A DNA stretch of 64,000 nucleotides, taken from assembly GCA_000708835.1 (NCBI GenBank), contig DF237315.1:30743-94742 (forward strand), given 5' to 3'. The stretch is from Klebsormidium nitens (Eukaryota > Plantae > Klebsormidiophyceae). The notes under the pieces are model-generated. The model made no database searches. It was given only the letters and a program-made list of their open reading frames with translations, and was not told the origin of the DNA. Of the stretch, positions 1 to 17,789 are shown piece after piece. The translations under genes and the position numbers were made by a program. Numbering within the stretch: the first letter of the stretch is position 1; each line of letters opens with the position of its first letter.

Positions 1-375
1 AGTATTTATCGAGCTCCTACATCATCCTGGGTGAGGACCCGGTTCTACTCGTCGCTCTCTGGCAGCGCGTGCCGCCGTCAGGAATCAGTCGCCTCTAGTC
101 ACGATCTACAGGCGTTTTGAAGAGGCCCTCACATGCAACGGGCGGAAAGACGTACCAGCGATAACACTCCCGTGCCGATATAGGATTAGTCGCTTCCGTT
201 CGTTCAGAATCTCTTCTGCTTGGCCTGGATTATGAACCGGAACAACCGTTCTACTGTTCCTGTGGCTTGTGCCGCTCCTCGCCATTACTTGGACGCTCCT
301 GAAGTGCCATCGGAGGCTTTTTCACGCACTCCGGACGCTCCTCTGCATAATTCGGACGCTGTCCCCTGTCCGCAG

Positions 376-632
376 GCCACACGGTGTCCGGCGTGACGGA
401 CCACTGGCCGTGCGACTACGAGCAGAAGGTGCGCGTCGCGGCGCTCGCGCTCGGGAGGCTCAAGAAGACGCCCCCCGCGAGCGCAGCAAGCTGGAAACCA
501 CCAACATGGCGCGCGCGCGCCACCTCTAGTTGCGCGCCGCCGCCGGTGCGTGGTCGCGCGTGCGTCGTGAGTCGTCGTCACGTCGCGTACGTTCCGGGAG
601 TACGGTCGTTGGACGGTCCGTTGGGGACCTAA
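376..632 (+). other. Possible GC3-rich coding exon fragment of unknown product, next to the assembly gap
   Basis: Polypyrimidine+CAG acceptor ends at 375, followed by an open GC3-rich frame (HTVSGVTDHWPCDYEQKVRVAALALGRLKKTPP...). No family recognised, and the frame is uncertain. Confidence 0.3.
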
Positions 633-784
633 NNNNNNNNNNNNNNNNNNNNNNNNNNNNNNNNNNNNNNNNNNNNNNNNNNNNNNNNNNNNNNNNNNNN
701 NNNNNNNNNNNNNNNNNNNNNNNNNNNNNNNNNNNNNNNNNNNNNNNNNNNNNNNNNNNNNNNNNNNNNNNNNNNNNNNNNNNN
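633..784. other. Assembly gap (152 N)
   Basis: Run of N. The sequence just after the gap (cctctagttgcgcg, 785-798) repeats 523-536, suggesting overlapping contig ends. Confidence 0.98.
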
Positions 785-2551
785 CCTCTAGTTGCGCGGC
801 CGGCCGCCCGGTGAGTTGGGTTGAGCTGCTCTGATAGTGTCACTGCATTCCGGAGAGGTCTTGAGGCTTGGGCAAATTGTCCTTCTCGGGCCCCTTAACC
901 TCGCACCAAACATGCTGTTTTCGACGAAGTGTTCGATAGCTACCGCAAAGGCGGGGAGGAAGGTATATCGTCGACTTCCGGAAAAAAGGCACCTACTGAA
1001 TTGCAGACTGGCCGTGCAACATCTTGGGTGCGACTTTAAGGGGCCCGAGCTTATAGCAGATAATCACTTCAATGTCCGTCGGCAACTTCAATAGTAGCTT
1101 AACAAGGCACTGCGACTTCCAGCAATCTCAAGTCATGGTGCTTAGTTTCAAGGAACGTTCCTTCTCGGTTTGTCAGGTCATCCCTTTCAGTCTGACGCCT
1201 CCCTGAGACTGCCGGCGCGCAGCTGCAGCCAGCCAAGGCCGGGATTGTGGTGCCAAGCCGGATATGGAGGCGCTATCTTATAACCGAGCCCGTATCCTGA
1301 AGCGGGCTCTTATATACGCCTATAAAGGCAGCATAGAGACTGTGCTTTGTGTGCACAGAGTACATATTACGAGGCGCCCTGGCATTCGGCGTTGACACCG
1401 GCAACCTGAGTGCGTTGCGAGTTTCCCGCCGATGTGTGGCTCCCATAGATAAGCTTGCATAGAGAATCCTGATATCTTTTGTGTTGCAAGTCCTGCTGGT
1501 CGGGTCTCGGTCAATAGGCAGTCGGCCAGTGTGTTTTATAAGTGTTTGATAAGGCCCCAGCCCGCTGGCTGCTTAAGTGTAAGTCCTTGGTTGAGATTGA
1601 GTCGTTTGCTATAAGCCCGGATTACACTAAGGTAACAGTTCAACAGGGTTTTTGGGTCGACAGGGTCCCGACTTGTCTCTGGCGGGCTCTTACAGAAGAC
1701 GTTTTTGGCGAGATCGATCGACGACATTTCCAGATGATGAAACACAAGCGACTGACTCGGCCCTCGGCCGGAAAAGGAATAGAGGTACTGTATACAATAG
1801 ACCAACTAAAAAGAGACAGTATAATACCTTGTTGCTAGAGGAATCGCTCGTCTTGCTAGAGCAGCTTTGGCAACGCGTTGGCACAAATAGCCGCGATCTG
1901 AACCACATAATACGTACAGAATACAGCGGTGCTCACGTACGTACATGCATGGGGCTCATGGGCTTTACTCACAATGGCCAGTATATGTACTTATAAATAG
2001 CTATAATCGTGGCGCAGCTAGTTAGCTCGTTGAAGTGTGGGTCAATTCCACTACTGATATGTGCCAGTCATCACAAATCCAGATGATCTAAGAATCACGC
2101 ATGTTCGCTCTGAGTACGTCCGCGTCCTTAGAGCACCGAACTGGTGAAGGGGCCGGCCCTACTTATATCTCTGAATCTTATTCCTTCACGGTCCGACGAT
2201 GGTGCCAGTGAGTTGGATTGACTGTAATCATTTGCAGCTAGCTATAGCTGTGAATTGAGTGCCATGCATGTACGTATATCGTATACATTTGCCTAATTGC
2301 CAATCACGGATTTTAGCGCAATACAATGCTTACCAAAAGGGCGTCGCCAACTATATTAGGCAAGCAAAACTAAACGTTGCAACAATTCGATCAGATGTAT
2401 CTACCGTCATTCAGCAACCGTGGCATGGGTCTCCTTGACCAGCCACAGACGAATTACATAGAGCATATCTTGGCTAGCAACCTAGCTTAGAGAACGACTT
2501 GCGTGCAGAATGTGAGTGACAATATATCTTGGACCCTGAAGAGCGCTTCTG

Positions 2552-5428
2552 CTACAGGGCTGTCCGTTTCCTTGCGGAGTTCATGTACGGCCGGATGACC
2601 CACTCATCCTCCGCCTCTGACTGATCCATCGTGCCTAGCTTTACTTGATACAGCCGGAGCTCAAACCTTGGTCCTACTTCCTTAAGCTCCACGGACTTGG
2701 CACCTTTCGGCTTTTCGTATATGTGGTGCCTGCAAGTATCACTTTTCAAAAATAAGCAGGAAACTCAACCGAAAGATGGTAGACTAGACACCAAAGTAGG
2801 AAGCAGAAAGGAAAGCTAGGAGCCTCATTGTAATTGATGCCGAAGCCCGCAAAGCCCGCAGAATCAAGTGTCGTGCAGCACGTGCCAGCAACCAACAGCA
2901 GTTCGAACACAGGGGAAGCGATTGTATGGAATGAGCCGCAAATTCTTACCTGAAGGAGATGTAGTCGCTCTGATTGGCAAAGGTGATTATCCGTTTTGAC
3001 TCATCCTTGGGGACGGGGAAGAGGAACTTGAGGATGTTCTGGGTTCGCAGTCCGAGCTGCAAAGGAAAGGGAACCATTTATCCTCCAGATCAAATGAGAC
3101 CGCTACGAGTTTAGGAATGGCAATTGCTGCGATCGAGTGGCAAGCCGGAGTTGTGAGCCAATCAATGGTCTGGTAAGCATGCAGAGCCGTTCGACAAGAG
3201 GACGAACTCAGCAAGCCGAAACAGCTTCCAGAAAATCAGCCTTCTCTTGGACAGGCGCCTTTCGCACAACCAGTAATCGAAGAACAGGATTCAGAAGAAA
3301 CAGCCATCAACGAGCGAGCCTCAGTGGCAGTCAAGTTTCAAACGGACGGGTCAACAATCCAATGTCCTTGACTCCTCTCAATTTTGTCGCTGACTGAACA
3401 TGTCCGGAAGCATTATACCCAACACCACAACAGGTCCCCGCACCGAACAAGACTCCATTGATTTTACTGTCGATCGCCCCTTCGACTTCACCGCGACCCC
3501 AAAAGGCGTTCCAGAAATTCTCCGCTTCTCCTCAACGTTCCTGATCGCCCTCCGATGCAGAATTCAAGCTCAGCCATGCAGTTGCCGAGAGGCCGCTGCT
3601 TCTGTTTGCGCGTTCAAACTAGACGCATGCGTGACCAAGTTCCCAGAGGGCCTCAAAGTTCGGCCGCATTTAGACAGATTTGAAACGAAGATAGCCTCAC
3701 CAGATCCTATCCCTCGTCCAGGATAGCACAGAAGCATACAGACAAACGTCTCAATCTCTCACCTTTGTGTTGAAATTGTTCAGGATCAGGTGCGGAAACG
3801 CTTCCGACATCGTCCCGACAGCCGCACGGTCCTTGATGTCGTGCCGCGTGACCACGTTGGACAGTCCGAAGTAGGCCGTCGGTCCGAACGGTAAGTGGCA
3901 CACGACCAGACCGTCCGGCTCCCCTCGGTGCTCGTGGACCATTACGATGTCGGTAAAATCGTTCGAGCGGCAGGCCTCGACAATCTGGGAGATGACTTGC
4001 CCGCCCCGATTGATGCGCTGGGCGTTCGGAAACACGATCTTGAGCTCCTGGTAAGGCAAACATGGTTGTTAGCTCAGTTTGGATCAAATTGGGGGCGCAC
4101 ATTCTTTCACAGTCAATCAGCAATAGCAATGATGCAACTCAGAGAGTTCTGTATCTGGTGGTCCTGACTTTAAGAAGCTTTGGAAGGTGATCCTAAGATT
4201 CGACCTGTGTGACAACTATGAAGGAGCTTCAACGACATCTTTGTTTGTCCGTGCGTTGGGATGGTGGCGTGCTCTGACACCAGAAAGCAGACAGGGCTGC
4301 AGTCATCCATGTAACCGCACAGCTTGAATCATGTCACAAAGCCAGACTGTCACTTCTGCAATGCGCTTCCCCCATCGCACACATCAAAAATGTGAATCAA
4401 TTCCAGCTTTGATCGGCACAGGTTCAGTCGTGTAATCTGCACCCATCAATGATAGGGTCCCGCGGATCGTGATGGTTTCTGCGCCCACCTTGACAAACTG
4501 CGTGAGGCGGCTGCTCGGATCCCTCGACGTTGTGAGCAAAATTTTGGGGTCCCTCTCTCCCGCCCTGGCATATTCATCATCTATGTGCGTGCGCTGCTCT
4601 GCTGTGACATCATCTTCTAACTCGATTTCTTGCCGCAGGGCCGCCTCCTCGTTCCGCAGCTCAGTTGGAATTGGCTTGCCCTCTGAAACAGAAGCGTAGG
4701 GTTCAGGCATGATTCTGAACATGCTCAATACAAAAGACGGGCCACATCATCCGGATCCAACCTATTTGGCCTCCATATGAGAACAGAGGACACGAAAGAG
4801 GACAGCGAATATCTGCACATTAAGTCCTTTTTTTAAACCATCTTAAAGAAAAGCCTGCTTCTTCTCTTACCACACCACGTTTGTTAAAAGAAGCCTGGTC
4901 TCTGCCTACCACCACCATGATTGCTAGGAACAAATCCTAGTTCTTTGCGTACCACCACTTGATGGGAGAATGTTCTGACCTGTCCTTAGAACCCCAAAGC
5001 TGATACGGGTGTTTTCAAGTTTCCAGTCTACAAAAAACTGCCTCAAACTCTGTGCTTGAAGAAGCATCTACGTGCGGTGCATATCTCTAGCCTGGTTCAC
5101 AACCGGTGGCGTCGGAAGAACCTCAAGTTTTAGGGTTTGGACAGGCCATTACCGTCCCCTCTCCCCAGACCGTCTTTCACCGACGGATTGCTGAATGCTG
5201 GCCTGAAACTGACTCTGAAACACTAGTTGCAGGAACAGAGCTCTTGGTTCGGGAAACTCGACAAGCAAAGAACAGCTCACAGAGGCCGCTAGACTTGACT
5301 TGACAACACGGCTTACCCGCAAGCGCCTCCCTGATCTTCCGCTTCCTTTCATAGACCGCTCGCTCCTTGCCCTCAAGGCTCTTCCTATAAAGGTACTCCC
5401 GTCGCAAGCGCGCGTTACGCCGCAGCAT
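2552..5428 (-). CDS. IMP4: U3 snoRNP protein IMP4 (Brix domain), 5 exons, 291 aa
   Basis: Exons 5428-5317, 4682-4489, 4047-3763, 3056-2950 and 2729-2552 have GT-AG ends and join in frame (876 nt). Typical motifs: MLRRNARLRREYLYRKSLE, DPKILLTTSRDPSSRL, HEHRGEPDGLVVCHLPFGPTAYF, FANQSDYISFRHH, EVGPRFELRLYQVKLGT. Confidence 0.96.
5128..5138 (-). promoter_or_regulatory. Telo-box (AAACCCTAA) in IMP4 intron 1
   Basis: ttttagggttt reverse-complements to AAACCCTAAAA. Telo-boxes are an established element of plant ribosome-biogenesis genes, but a single short motif can occur by chance. Confidence 0.35.
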
Positions 5429-5662
5429 GTCTGCCGTCAACCGCACCACTATCTTCCACAATTAATAACACTCAAAAAAGGTGGTGGCACAGTCGTTAAG
5501 GATCCTGCGTTTTGCAACTTTTAAATCTTACTGTGGAAACAAGCCAAACTGCCCGGAACGGAAGAAGAGCCTTGAAAAGTTTGGTAAGTTGAACAGTGAA
5601 GATGTCAGGGTAGGCGAAGCAGGCGAAGCTCAAAGCTTGTTGCAGCAAAATTTTGGGGTTTA

Positions 5663-5694
5663 GGTAAACCCCATTGCAGGTAAACCCCATTGCA
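5663..5694. repeat. Perfect 16-bp tandem duplication upstream of IMP4
   Basis: ggtaaaccccattgca x2 (5663-5678, 5679-5694), preceded by the inverted motif ggggttt. Confidence 0.85.
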
Positions 5695-6703
5695 AAAGCG
5701 AACCTGTCTACGCGCACTCTTTTGAATTCAAAACATGGTTTGGCAAAGTCGGGTTTGGTTTGCCCTGGCTTGCTGCATTTCTTCTTGCTCTTCTTCTTGC
5801 TCTTCTTCAAGTTGAACTTGCGTGCATCAGATTAGAGCTCGCTGCCTGATCCAGGTCTGTTTGGTCCTGAGATCTTTGAGCATCTGGCAGTGGTGGTTGG
5901 AGAAGCTCACGATTCTGGCGTCTTTGTGCCATCAGATCAAGCACATGCAGGGGGGCGGGTAGTGTCAGCGAAAGTCAGCTGATCTGAAGCATTTTAGTGG
6001 CTGCGGGAGTGACGTGGAAGTGCTTCCATCCCAAAGTGCAGCTCTTGAACGCAGAGCTATCGAGTACGAATGGAGCGCTGGCTAAACATGCACTAGATGG
6101 GTGCCAATTTTGCCGTGCAAAGCCACGATTCGCTGGCCCCTGATGAGGATGAGGCCTTGCCAACACGCTGGACTTACCAGGTCAGTTAGAGAGGAAGACG
6201 AGAGCTTGTGGTGCATATGGATTTTGAAGTGAAGGCGGATTTATGGATATCTCCATCTAGATCCAGCCTCAGGCTGGCTCCAAAAGGCTTTCCATTTTTG
6301 ACACCACCACAGTTCCCAAAAAGTTGCTGAAGTAGATCTACCGTACTTGCCCCATCAGTTTGAGGAAGGCAGCTGATGGCCATGTCAATAGACAACTTTT
6401 GGTGCTGACAAATGATGACTGGAGATCCATGACAGACACATCGGAGATGTTGGCAAACTGCGCAAGGGGATCAATCTGGAAAAGGCGGCAATCCGAATGT
6501 AGGCAGGCTGTTTGTAGCTTCCTCTGGCACCATTAATCAGATTAACAGAATCAGATACAGTATGTGGAGCCCTACAAGCTCTGGAGGAGGTGCATCATTT
6601 TGTATCCTATCTGTAGGGGGCTTACCTGGTTGACATGCTTGACTCACAGGTAAGTTTGTCGTCAGTAGCCTCTTGGCATGTACTCTAAAGGCTCAGCTTT
6701 CAG

Positions 6704-11997
<5,294 letters not shown>

Positions 11998-12992
11998 GTT
12001 GCTAGCGGTCCGGATATCCCCACCGCTTAGGAAAGGGATAGGAGCTTTGCAAAATGAAGATTCGAGCAGCCTTGTATGCTAGGTGCGCTGCAATCAGTAC
12101 TGGTAGGAGGTAGACGAAAGCTGCAAGTGATAGTCTTTGATTGACGGCTCCGACGTATGTCGGCCAATGAACGAGGTTCAACCGATTGAACTATCCAGTT
12201 ACTGCACGCGATTCTTTGTCCTAGGACACGACAACCTGAGCCAAGCAAAGTAAAGAACATACTTTCTGAGGCATTCGACGCTCGGAAGCAGTCAGTCCTC
12301 CAAGTATACAACACTTTGGGCTGTTGCTTTCCTAGAATTATCTTGCCAGCTGAAAAGTCTGTCATGCCTCGCAAGTTGAAGAAGTTAACATGGATACTCT
12401 CCTCTCCTTGAAACTCTGCACGTGGCGCGCGCTCCGTTGGTGTGCACGTTGGACGGGTGGCATATACTTTGATCGTTCATGACTCATGCCCAAATATTAG
12501 TTGGCTCATGATGGCACCTGTCACGCGTAAGGATTCTTCAATGAGTTACTCTACAGCTGCAACTTCGCGATAATCGTTGCTATAATGTTGTATGTATACC
12601 TGCCTTTTGATGCGCAATTTTTTGATGCGCAATTAAGCACTTTGCAGATCTCAATGATCGCCGGCTGGCCCATTCAATATCTAGCTACGTATATCTGTCC
12701 GTTCAGTGGCCGAACTAGAATAGGCGCGGAGTTGGGGCTGCTAAAACTCGTGGAATACTCGACTCATCGATATACATGATCCATTGCATGACAGCCACAT
12801 GTATAGGAAATGACGTACGTGAAAGTGTTTACTTGGAATGGCTAGGTTTGGACGTTGCAGGTTTTCATTGCTTCTAAAAGTGGCAATATGCGGGGGACTC
12901 GGGCTGCGCCATTTCTTTCCACATCCCCCATTGGGCAGTACTTAGCCGAGTCTTTTGCACAACAAGGCTTTGCCACCTGTACCCACTTGGCA

Positions 12993-15069
12993 CTACTTGC
13001 TCTGCTCTAGTACGCGGGTCTGCTCCGCGAGAATTTCCGTTATGGAGGTTGCTTCGGGGTCCTGCGAGACGCGAGCTAGTCCATATAAGCAAACGTACTC
13101 AAGATAAGCTACGCGGATCAACCACGCTTCATCGCGCTTTACATCTGCGCAGGACAGTACGTTGCAAACCCGACCACGTTTATCGAGCTTTGCATCTGCG
13201 CAGGACGATAAGTTGCAACAAACAGCGCTGTTGATTACCCGGTTAAAGATGCTTTGACAACGGTGAGGAGTAGTATGATAGCGTGACAATCAACAAGACC
13301 CTAAAGGCTCCTCTAGAGCGCAGAGGCTATAGAAGGCGAGCTGATGCGATACGCTCACGTGGCAAGCTCACCTGAACAAACTTGTCAATCGACTGCTGGT
13401 CGGGAAAGGGCGGTCCGTTGAAGCCGGCCCCGCACAACACCAGGTGAATCTCGCGCTCTCTGTCCAGTTGGGCAAACCTTATGCTCCTTTCCCGCTCGTG
13501 CGCCTCTAATGCATCCAAGATCAAGCGTTCCCACTCGGCGAGGCTCGGGCCTGACTCCGCCACAACGAAAGCCCGCACTGTCTCCAGGAAAGCGGTCGGC
13601 TCATCTGCGTCTAGCATTTTGACCACGCTCACCTCTGGCCTCCCTACTTTAAAGCTTCGGGAGTAGTCTTTGAAGGCTTTGTAATACTTGACATCCCCAA
13701 TCAGCGGAGAAGCTATTACTGTCACGGGCCAGACGCTCTTCAACTCCGCGAGTCTCCGCTCAATCTGTATGAGCTGATCTAGCGTCAGAGCCCTGACGAG
13801 CGGCCGTTCCGTTGCAGGGTCGAAGCTCCGCTCTCCGAGCATGAAGCGGATCGCGAAAGCGACGGCTTCCGCCGGATCCAACCGCAGCTTCGCCGGGAGA
13901 CACCGAAAGCAGTCCCAGTCTGAGCGATCCAGGTCGGGGGAAACCGGTGTGATGCAGGGGAAGCCAGCCATTCCGAGCACAAGGTGACCGGAAAGGCACA
14001 CGAATCCGGTCATGAGCATGTATCGTCCGTTGGCAAAGTTTGTCTCGTCCGGATTGTCTGCCCTGACATCCGCCAGAAGATGGTCGTAGGATTCCGCTGT
14101 GTAAGGACCGATAAAGGAGGAGTCGGGGAGAGGAAATGTCTGCGCGCCACAGTAGGGGCAAGCCGCGGCGAAGTCTTCGTCCAGCTCCGAAAAGTTACCG
14201 TATCCCACTCCTTCGTACTCGCTTGTTGGTGTTGTCGTCTCCTTCGAGCTGACCTCATTTTCCCCCTTTCCCGAATTCAAGCTGGTGTCTTGAGCGAAAT
14301 CGGGGGCTTCATCTTTCACCTCAAACAGCTCATACCCTCCCCCCCAATCCAAGTTCTCTTCACCCAGCTTCTCCTTCCGGTTCAGACACGCCGCTGCCCC
14401 GGTCGCTTGAGCGATCTCCGAGCGCTCAAAGTTTCTGAGCATGCCCCGAAACGGCAGGACGGGCGGCCGGGACACATACTCGTGCGTACCTTCCCGACGA
14501 AGCGCGGCGCGGTGGTACCTCTCACAGTACGACCGGCGCGCGACGAAGATCTCGTCTCCCCAAAAACGAGCGTCCAGAGACAGGGTCTGTCTCGCTTCTT
14601 CCCGCGAAACCCTGTGGAAACCTCTGGGCAGCTCTGTTTCGACGTGCCCCCGGCACTCGGTCCATTCGTACCGTCCCCATAGCGCGTCAGACTCCAACAC
14701 CGGCTCGAAGGTCGGGAATAGAATTCCCGGGCAGTAGACAAGCAGCTTGAACAGCCCCCTCCATCCGCCCGGGGGATCCCCCGCCCCTGGATCGTAGTAA
14801 CCCAGCTCCTCAACCAGCCCTGCTGCATGCGTCATGCACAGCTCCTTCCAGGTGACGTCATCCAAGATCTGACGCCACTCCTTGCAGACTGCTCCTAACG
14901 GGACAAGGTCTTTTGGATGGGGCCCTACTTTGGCAAAGACTCGCTGCAGGATGTCTGGGGCCAGATATGGAAGAGCACTGCGCGCTTCTGAAACGCCATA
15001 CTCTGCTTCAACATCTCCGGAAGAGGAGAAAAATGAGCAGGGATTGCGGAGCTGTGCGGTACGCTGCAT
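12993..15069 (-). CDS. EID1-like F-box protein, copy 1 (terminal zinc finger lost)
   Basis: F-box LAPDILQRVFAKV...LGAVCKEWRQIL. EID1/EDL-family blocks WKELC, GW..LFKLLVYCPG, FRG.LRNF..S, CPYC, FVCLSGH. Large exon 15069-13372 plus terminal exon 13061-12993 (DPEATSITEILAEQ...K*). The true start may lie in an upstream exon. Confidence 0.8.
13121..13218. repeat. Imperfect 52-bp tandem duplication in the copy-1 intron
   Basis: accacgcttcatcgcgctttacatctgcgcaggac...gttgcaa (13121) and accacgtttatcgagctttgcatctgcgcaggac...gttgcaa (13173). Confidence 0.8.
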
Positions 15070-15261
15070 GCTGGGATTTTCCTAGGGGATCAAGTTGTTG
15101 CCAGGTCTGCAAAACTTATCATACCGCTTGAATTTTCTGGCCTACCGGCGGCTTGCACTGCTCCGGGATGCTCCGGGATCCAGGTGTCGCCAAGATGTCA
15201 AAAGTTGAAAGGATTTCAAATCATGCTACAGCAACAAGTTTACGTCGCTCTAGCTGCGCGT

Positions 15262-15360
15262 CACGTGTGCGCGCAGTCACGCGACCGGAGCGCGAGGGTT
15301 TACGCGAGGTTCGAGGTTTCCTTCCGAACGCGGCCGCGAGACAGGCACGGCCGACATTTC
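15262..15360. promoter_or_regulatory. Conserved non-coding block in a divergent (bidirectional) F-box promoter, unit 1
   Basis: Shares gcgcgcagtcacgcg, agggtttac and gcggccgcg..acaggcac.gccgac with 20255-20370. CACGTG at 15262-15267 in this copy only. Confidence 0.5.
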
Positions 15361-15443
15361 TTGCTCGCGCGGGGCGCCTGCTCGATCATTAAGAGACTCA
15401 CGCGTGTCATCAAGTGCAGGCAAGTGTAGTCGAACAGCTGACC

Positions 15444-16790
15444 ATGGGGGGAAGTCAAGGGGGGCGGAAGCGCCGTCAAAGGGCGGCACGGAGCTCGAAC
15501 GAAGCCGGTCAAGCTGGTGACAGCGTCTTTGATGCATTATATCCAGAGCTTCTGGACTGCATCTTGCGGCGGGCGGCGGTCCACAGCTCGCGGGCTTGGA
15601 AACGGTTGGCTCTGGTGAACAAAGCCTTCCAAGACTCTGCACTGCGCTGCTCAGGAACCTTGGTGCTCCGCCGAGGGGGTCTGCTGACAAAGGGGCCGTT
15701 GAAGCTGCGACCTCTGCAGGGCGCAGAGGCGTGTGCTGCCCTTTCCAAAGAGATCGGCGCTCGGCCGAGGGTTTCGAGGCTGGTCCTGAAGGGGGACGTC
15801 AAGCTTGCTGCCGCTTTTTTGCCCGCCATTTTAGAGTTTGGAGCCCGCTGGATCTCCTTGGAGGTAGATGCTCCTGAAACACACTTTGCGAGATATTTGG
15901 ATCTACTTCCCAAACTGCAGGGATCTTTGAGACGGCTGAAGATCAGTATCAGACGATACTATAACGGTGACAGTGATAGGAGAAGCAACAGCAATGCACG
16001 CCTAGACTTAAGCGACGTCTTGAGGGAATTCCCGGACCTCGAGAGCCTCACCATCAAGGGTGGACAACCACTGGCACTTCCAGCAAGCAAGCAGGGAAAT
16101 GATCCGGACGCAGAGGACTGGGAACTGCCAAGCAGCAAGCTTCGTAGTCTAAGCATTAGCGAACCAGGTGTTTGGGATCTGCAGCAGTTCATCTCCTACC
16201 TCCCAGCTTGCGTTTGCAACCTGCGCTTGTTGAGGTTGCATTGTTCCGTCAGCTCTCAACGTATTTGGCACCGAGTCATAGCTCGGCACACCACCTTTTT
16301 GCCCCTGACTCAACTGCAGACATTGCAACTCGATGTACATTATGACAAGACGCTCTCGAGTGCCCTGCTGGAGGAGGTCACAGACCGGTGCACGTGCTTG
16401 CGCCAGCTTTTCCTTTTCTGCTACCCCCGTGTCTCTTACTCTTCGAGGCCCCCTCTGAAGCTTCCCAACTTTGCAGAGAAGTGTCCCGAATTGGAGCGCC
16501 TTGTAGTCAGTCAAGGCGGATCGGTTAATAGCTCTAGTGAGTTCGTACAGATTCTTCGCGAAAGAGGCGTAGCTGTACCTTCCAGAGCGCAGCAAAACAC
16601 CAAGATTCTGATTCTTGAAGACGAAGACAACGAACACGCAGAAAAAGTCGGCAAACGATGCTCCGTCACTTCTCTCACTTGCATCGGTTTGTTTTGGGCA
16701 ACTCCAATTAATCTGAACGATCCTGTAAATCGCAAGCGCGCTGTTGGGAAGCCTACAGCTGTTCAGAAGTGGTGCGACGCTTTTTTGTAG
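15444..16790 (+). CDS. F-box-like / LRR (RNI-like) protein, copy B1, intronless
   Basis: Uninterrupted ORF, first ATG at 15444. Basic RKRR NLS-like patch, F-box-like LYPELLDCILRRAA...W..LALVNKAF, repeated LxxLxL units (FPDLESLTIK, LRSLSIS, LQTLQLD, CPELERLVV). Confidence 0.75.
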   Translation: MGGSQGGRKRRQRAARSSNEAGQAGDSVFDALYPELLDCILRRAAVHSSRAWKRLALVNKAFQDSALRCSGTLVLRRGGLLTKGPLKLRPLQGAEACAALSKEIGARPRVSRLVLKGDVKLAAAFLPAILEFGARWISLEVDAPETHFARYLDLLPKLQGSLRRLKISIRRYYNGDSDRRSNSNARLDLSDVLREFPDLESLTIKGGQPLALPASKQGNDPDAEDWELPSSKLRSLSISEPGVWDLQQFISYLPACVCNLRLLRLHCSVSSQRIWHRVIARHTTFLPLTQLQTLQLDVHYDKTLSSALLEEVTDRCTCLRQLFLFCYPRVSYSSRPPLKLPNFAEKCPELERLVVSQGGSVNSSSEFVQILRERGVAVPSRAQQNTKILILEDEDNEHAEKVGKRCSVTSLTCIGLFWATPINLNDPVNRKRAVGKPTAVQKWCDAFL

Positions 16791-17789
16791 CAGACTGAGT
16801 ATTTGGATGATGGGAAGAGTAGCGCAAGCTGATACAAGAGACTATCCTGTTTCAAGCTGAAACCGATTGCGAATATTATCTTCTAACGAGTATGCCTTAA
16901 TTTCTCTTAGACAAGGTGCTGAAGAAGTGTCGTGTGATTACAGCAAGGACTCGAAGAACAAAAGATGGCAAAATGCAGCACTCCTGGATGTCAGAAGAGA
17001 GCCGGCACTCCTTTTCGCATTGAAGCGACGAAGGTTCAGGGCCAATATATATGCATGATGTAAAAGTAGCAAGATCTCATGTGTACCTGTTCCATGCACC
17101 TGGATTTGTTTGGTACCCACACGAGGGTACAAGAAAACGACTTGAAGCCTCATTCAGGTCCTCAAACGGCCGGGTAATTACTCAATCTCAAACGCGGCAT
17201 GCATAATTGATAACTGGCAGATTTAGCAACAATGTGTATTCTCCGCAGATGAGACGCAACATTTCTGGTCCGCCACGCCTATTATGATGCTTGTCAGTGC
17301 TTGATGGATACTTAATTAGTATGCTTGCCTCTTTTCAGGAGAACTTAGCGCTCATACAAAAGTGAGTACTCCCTTGGGCAAGCGCAATATGCTGGGGGAC
17401 GTTACAACCGCGACTCATTCCATTTGTCGTCTTATCAAAGAACTAGAAAACTCACGTGCAAGGCATGAAGTGCAAGCTAGCTTGAAGAAGCAGAACAATA
17501 CATGATCATCGCGGGAAAAAATGGCAAGTCCAACGAGCATATTTGGGCTTCAATAAATCTAGATGCATGCCTGTGGTAAAATGGCGCCAGCAAAGGTCAT
17601 ATTTCTACTCGGACTGTAGTGTGCAACTTCCAGAGGTGAACTGGATCGAAGAAAGTTCAGAGATGTTCGCCCTACTCAAGAATCATGTCAGATGGAGATT
17701 TGGATTTGTAATCGACCCGCCGCAAGTCAGACAACGTCCTCGTTTCTATGCATCCATAATAAAACACCCCCACTAATTGAAGAAGGCAA

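Noticed and set aside
1536-1996. Overlapping ~100-aa ORFs in the left intergenic region
   Set aside because: No recognisable motifs, no consistent splice structure, and the length is expected by chance at this GC content.
5496-5810. Lys/Ser-rich ORF MKKSKKKSKKK
   Set aside because: It arises from a short (ttcttcttgctc)n repeat upstream of IMP4 and has no recognisable domain.
15444-15500. Gly/Arg-rich N-terminus of the LRR F-box proteins as an H4-tail mimic
   Set aside because: GGSQGGRKRRQR is only compositionally like H4 and differs in copy B2. It is better explained as an NLS.
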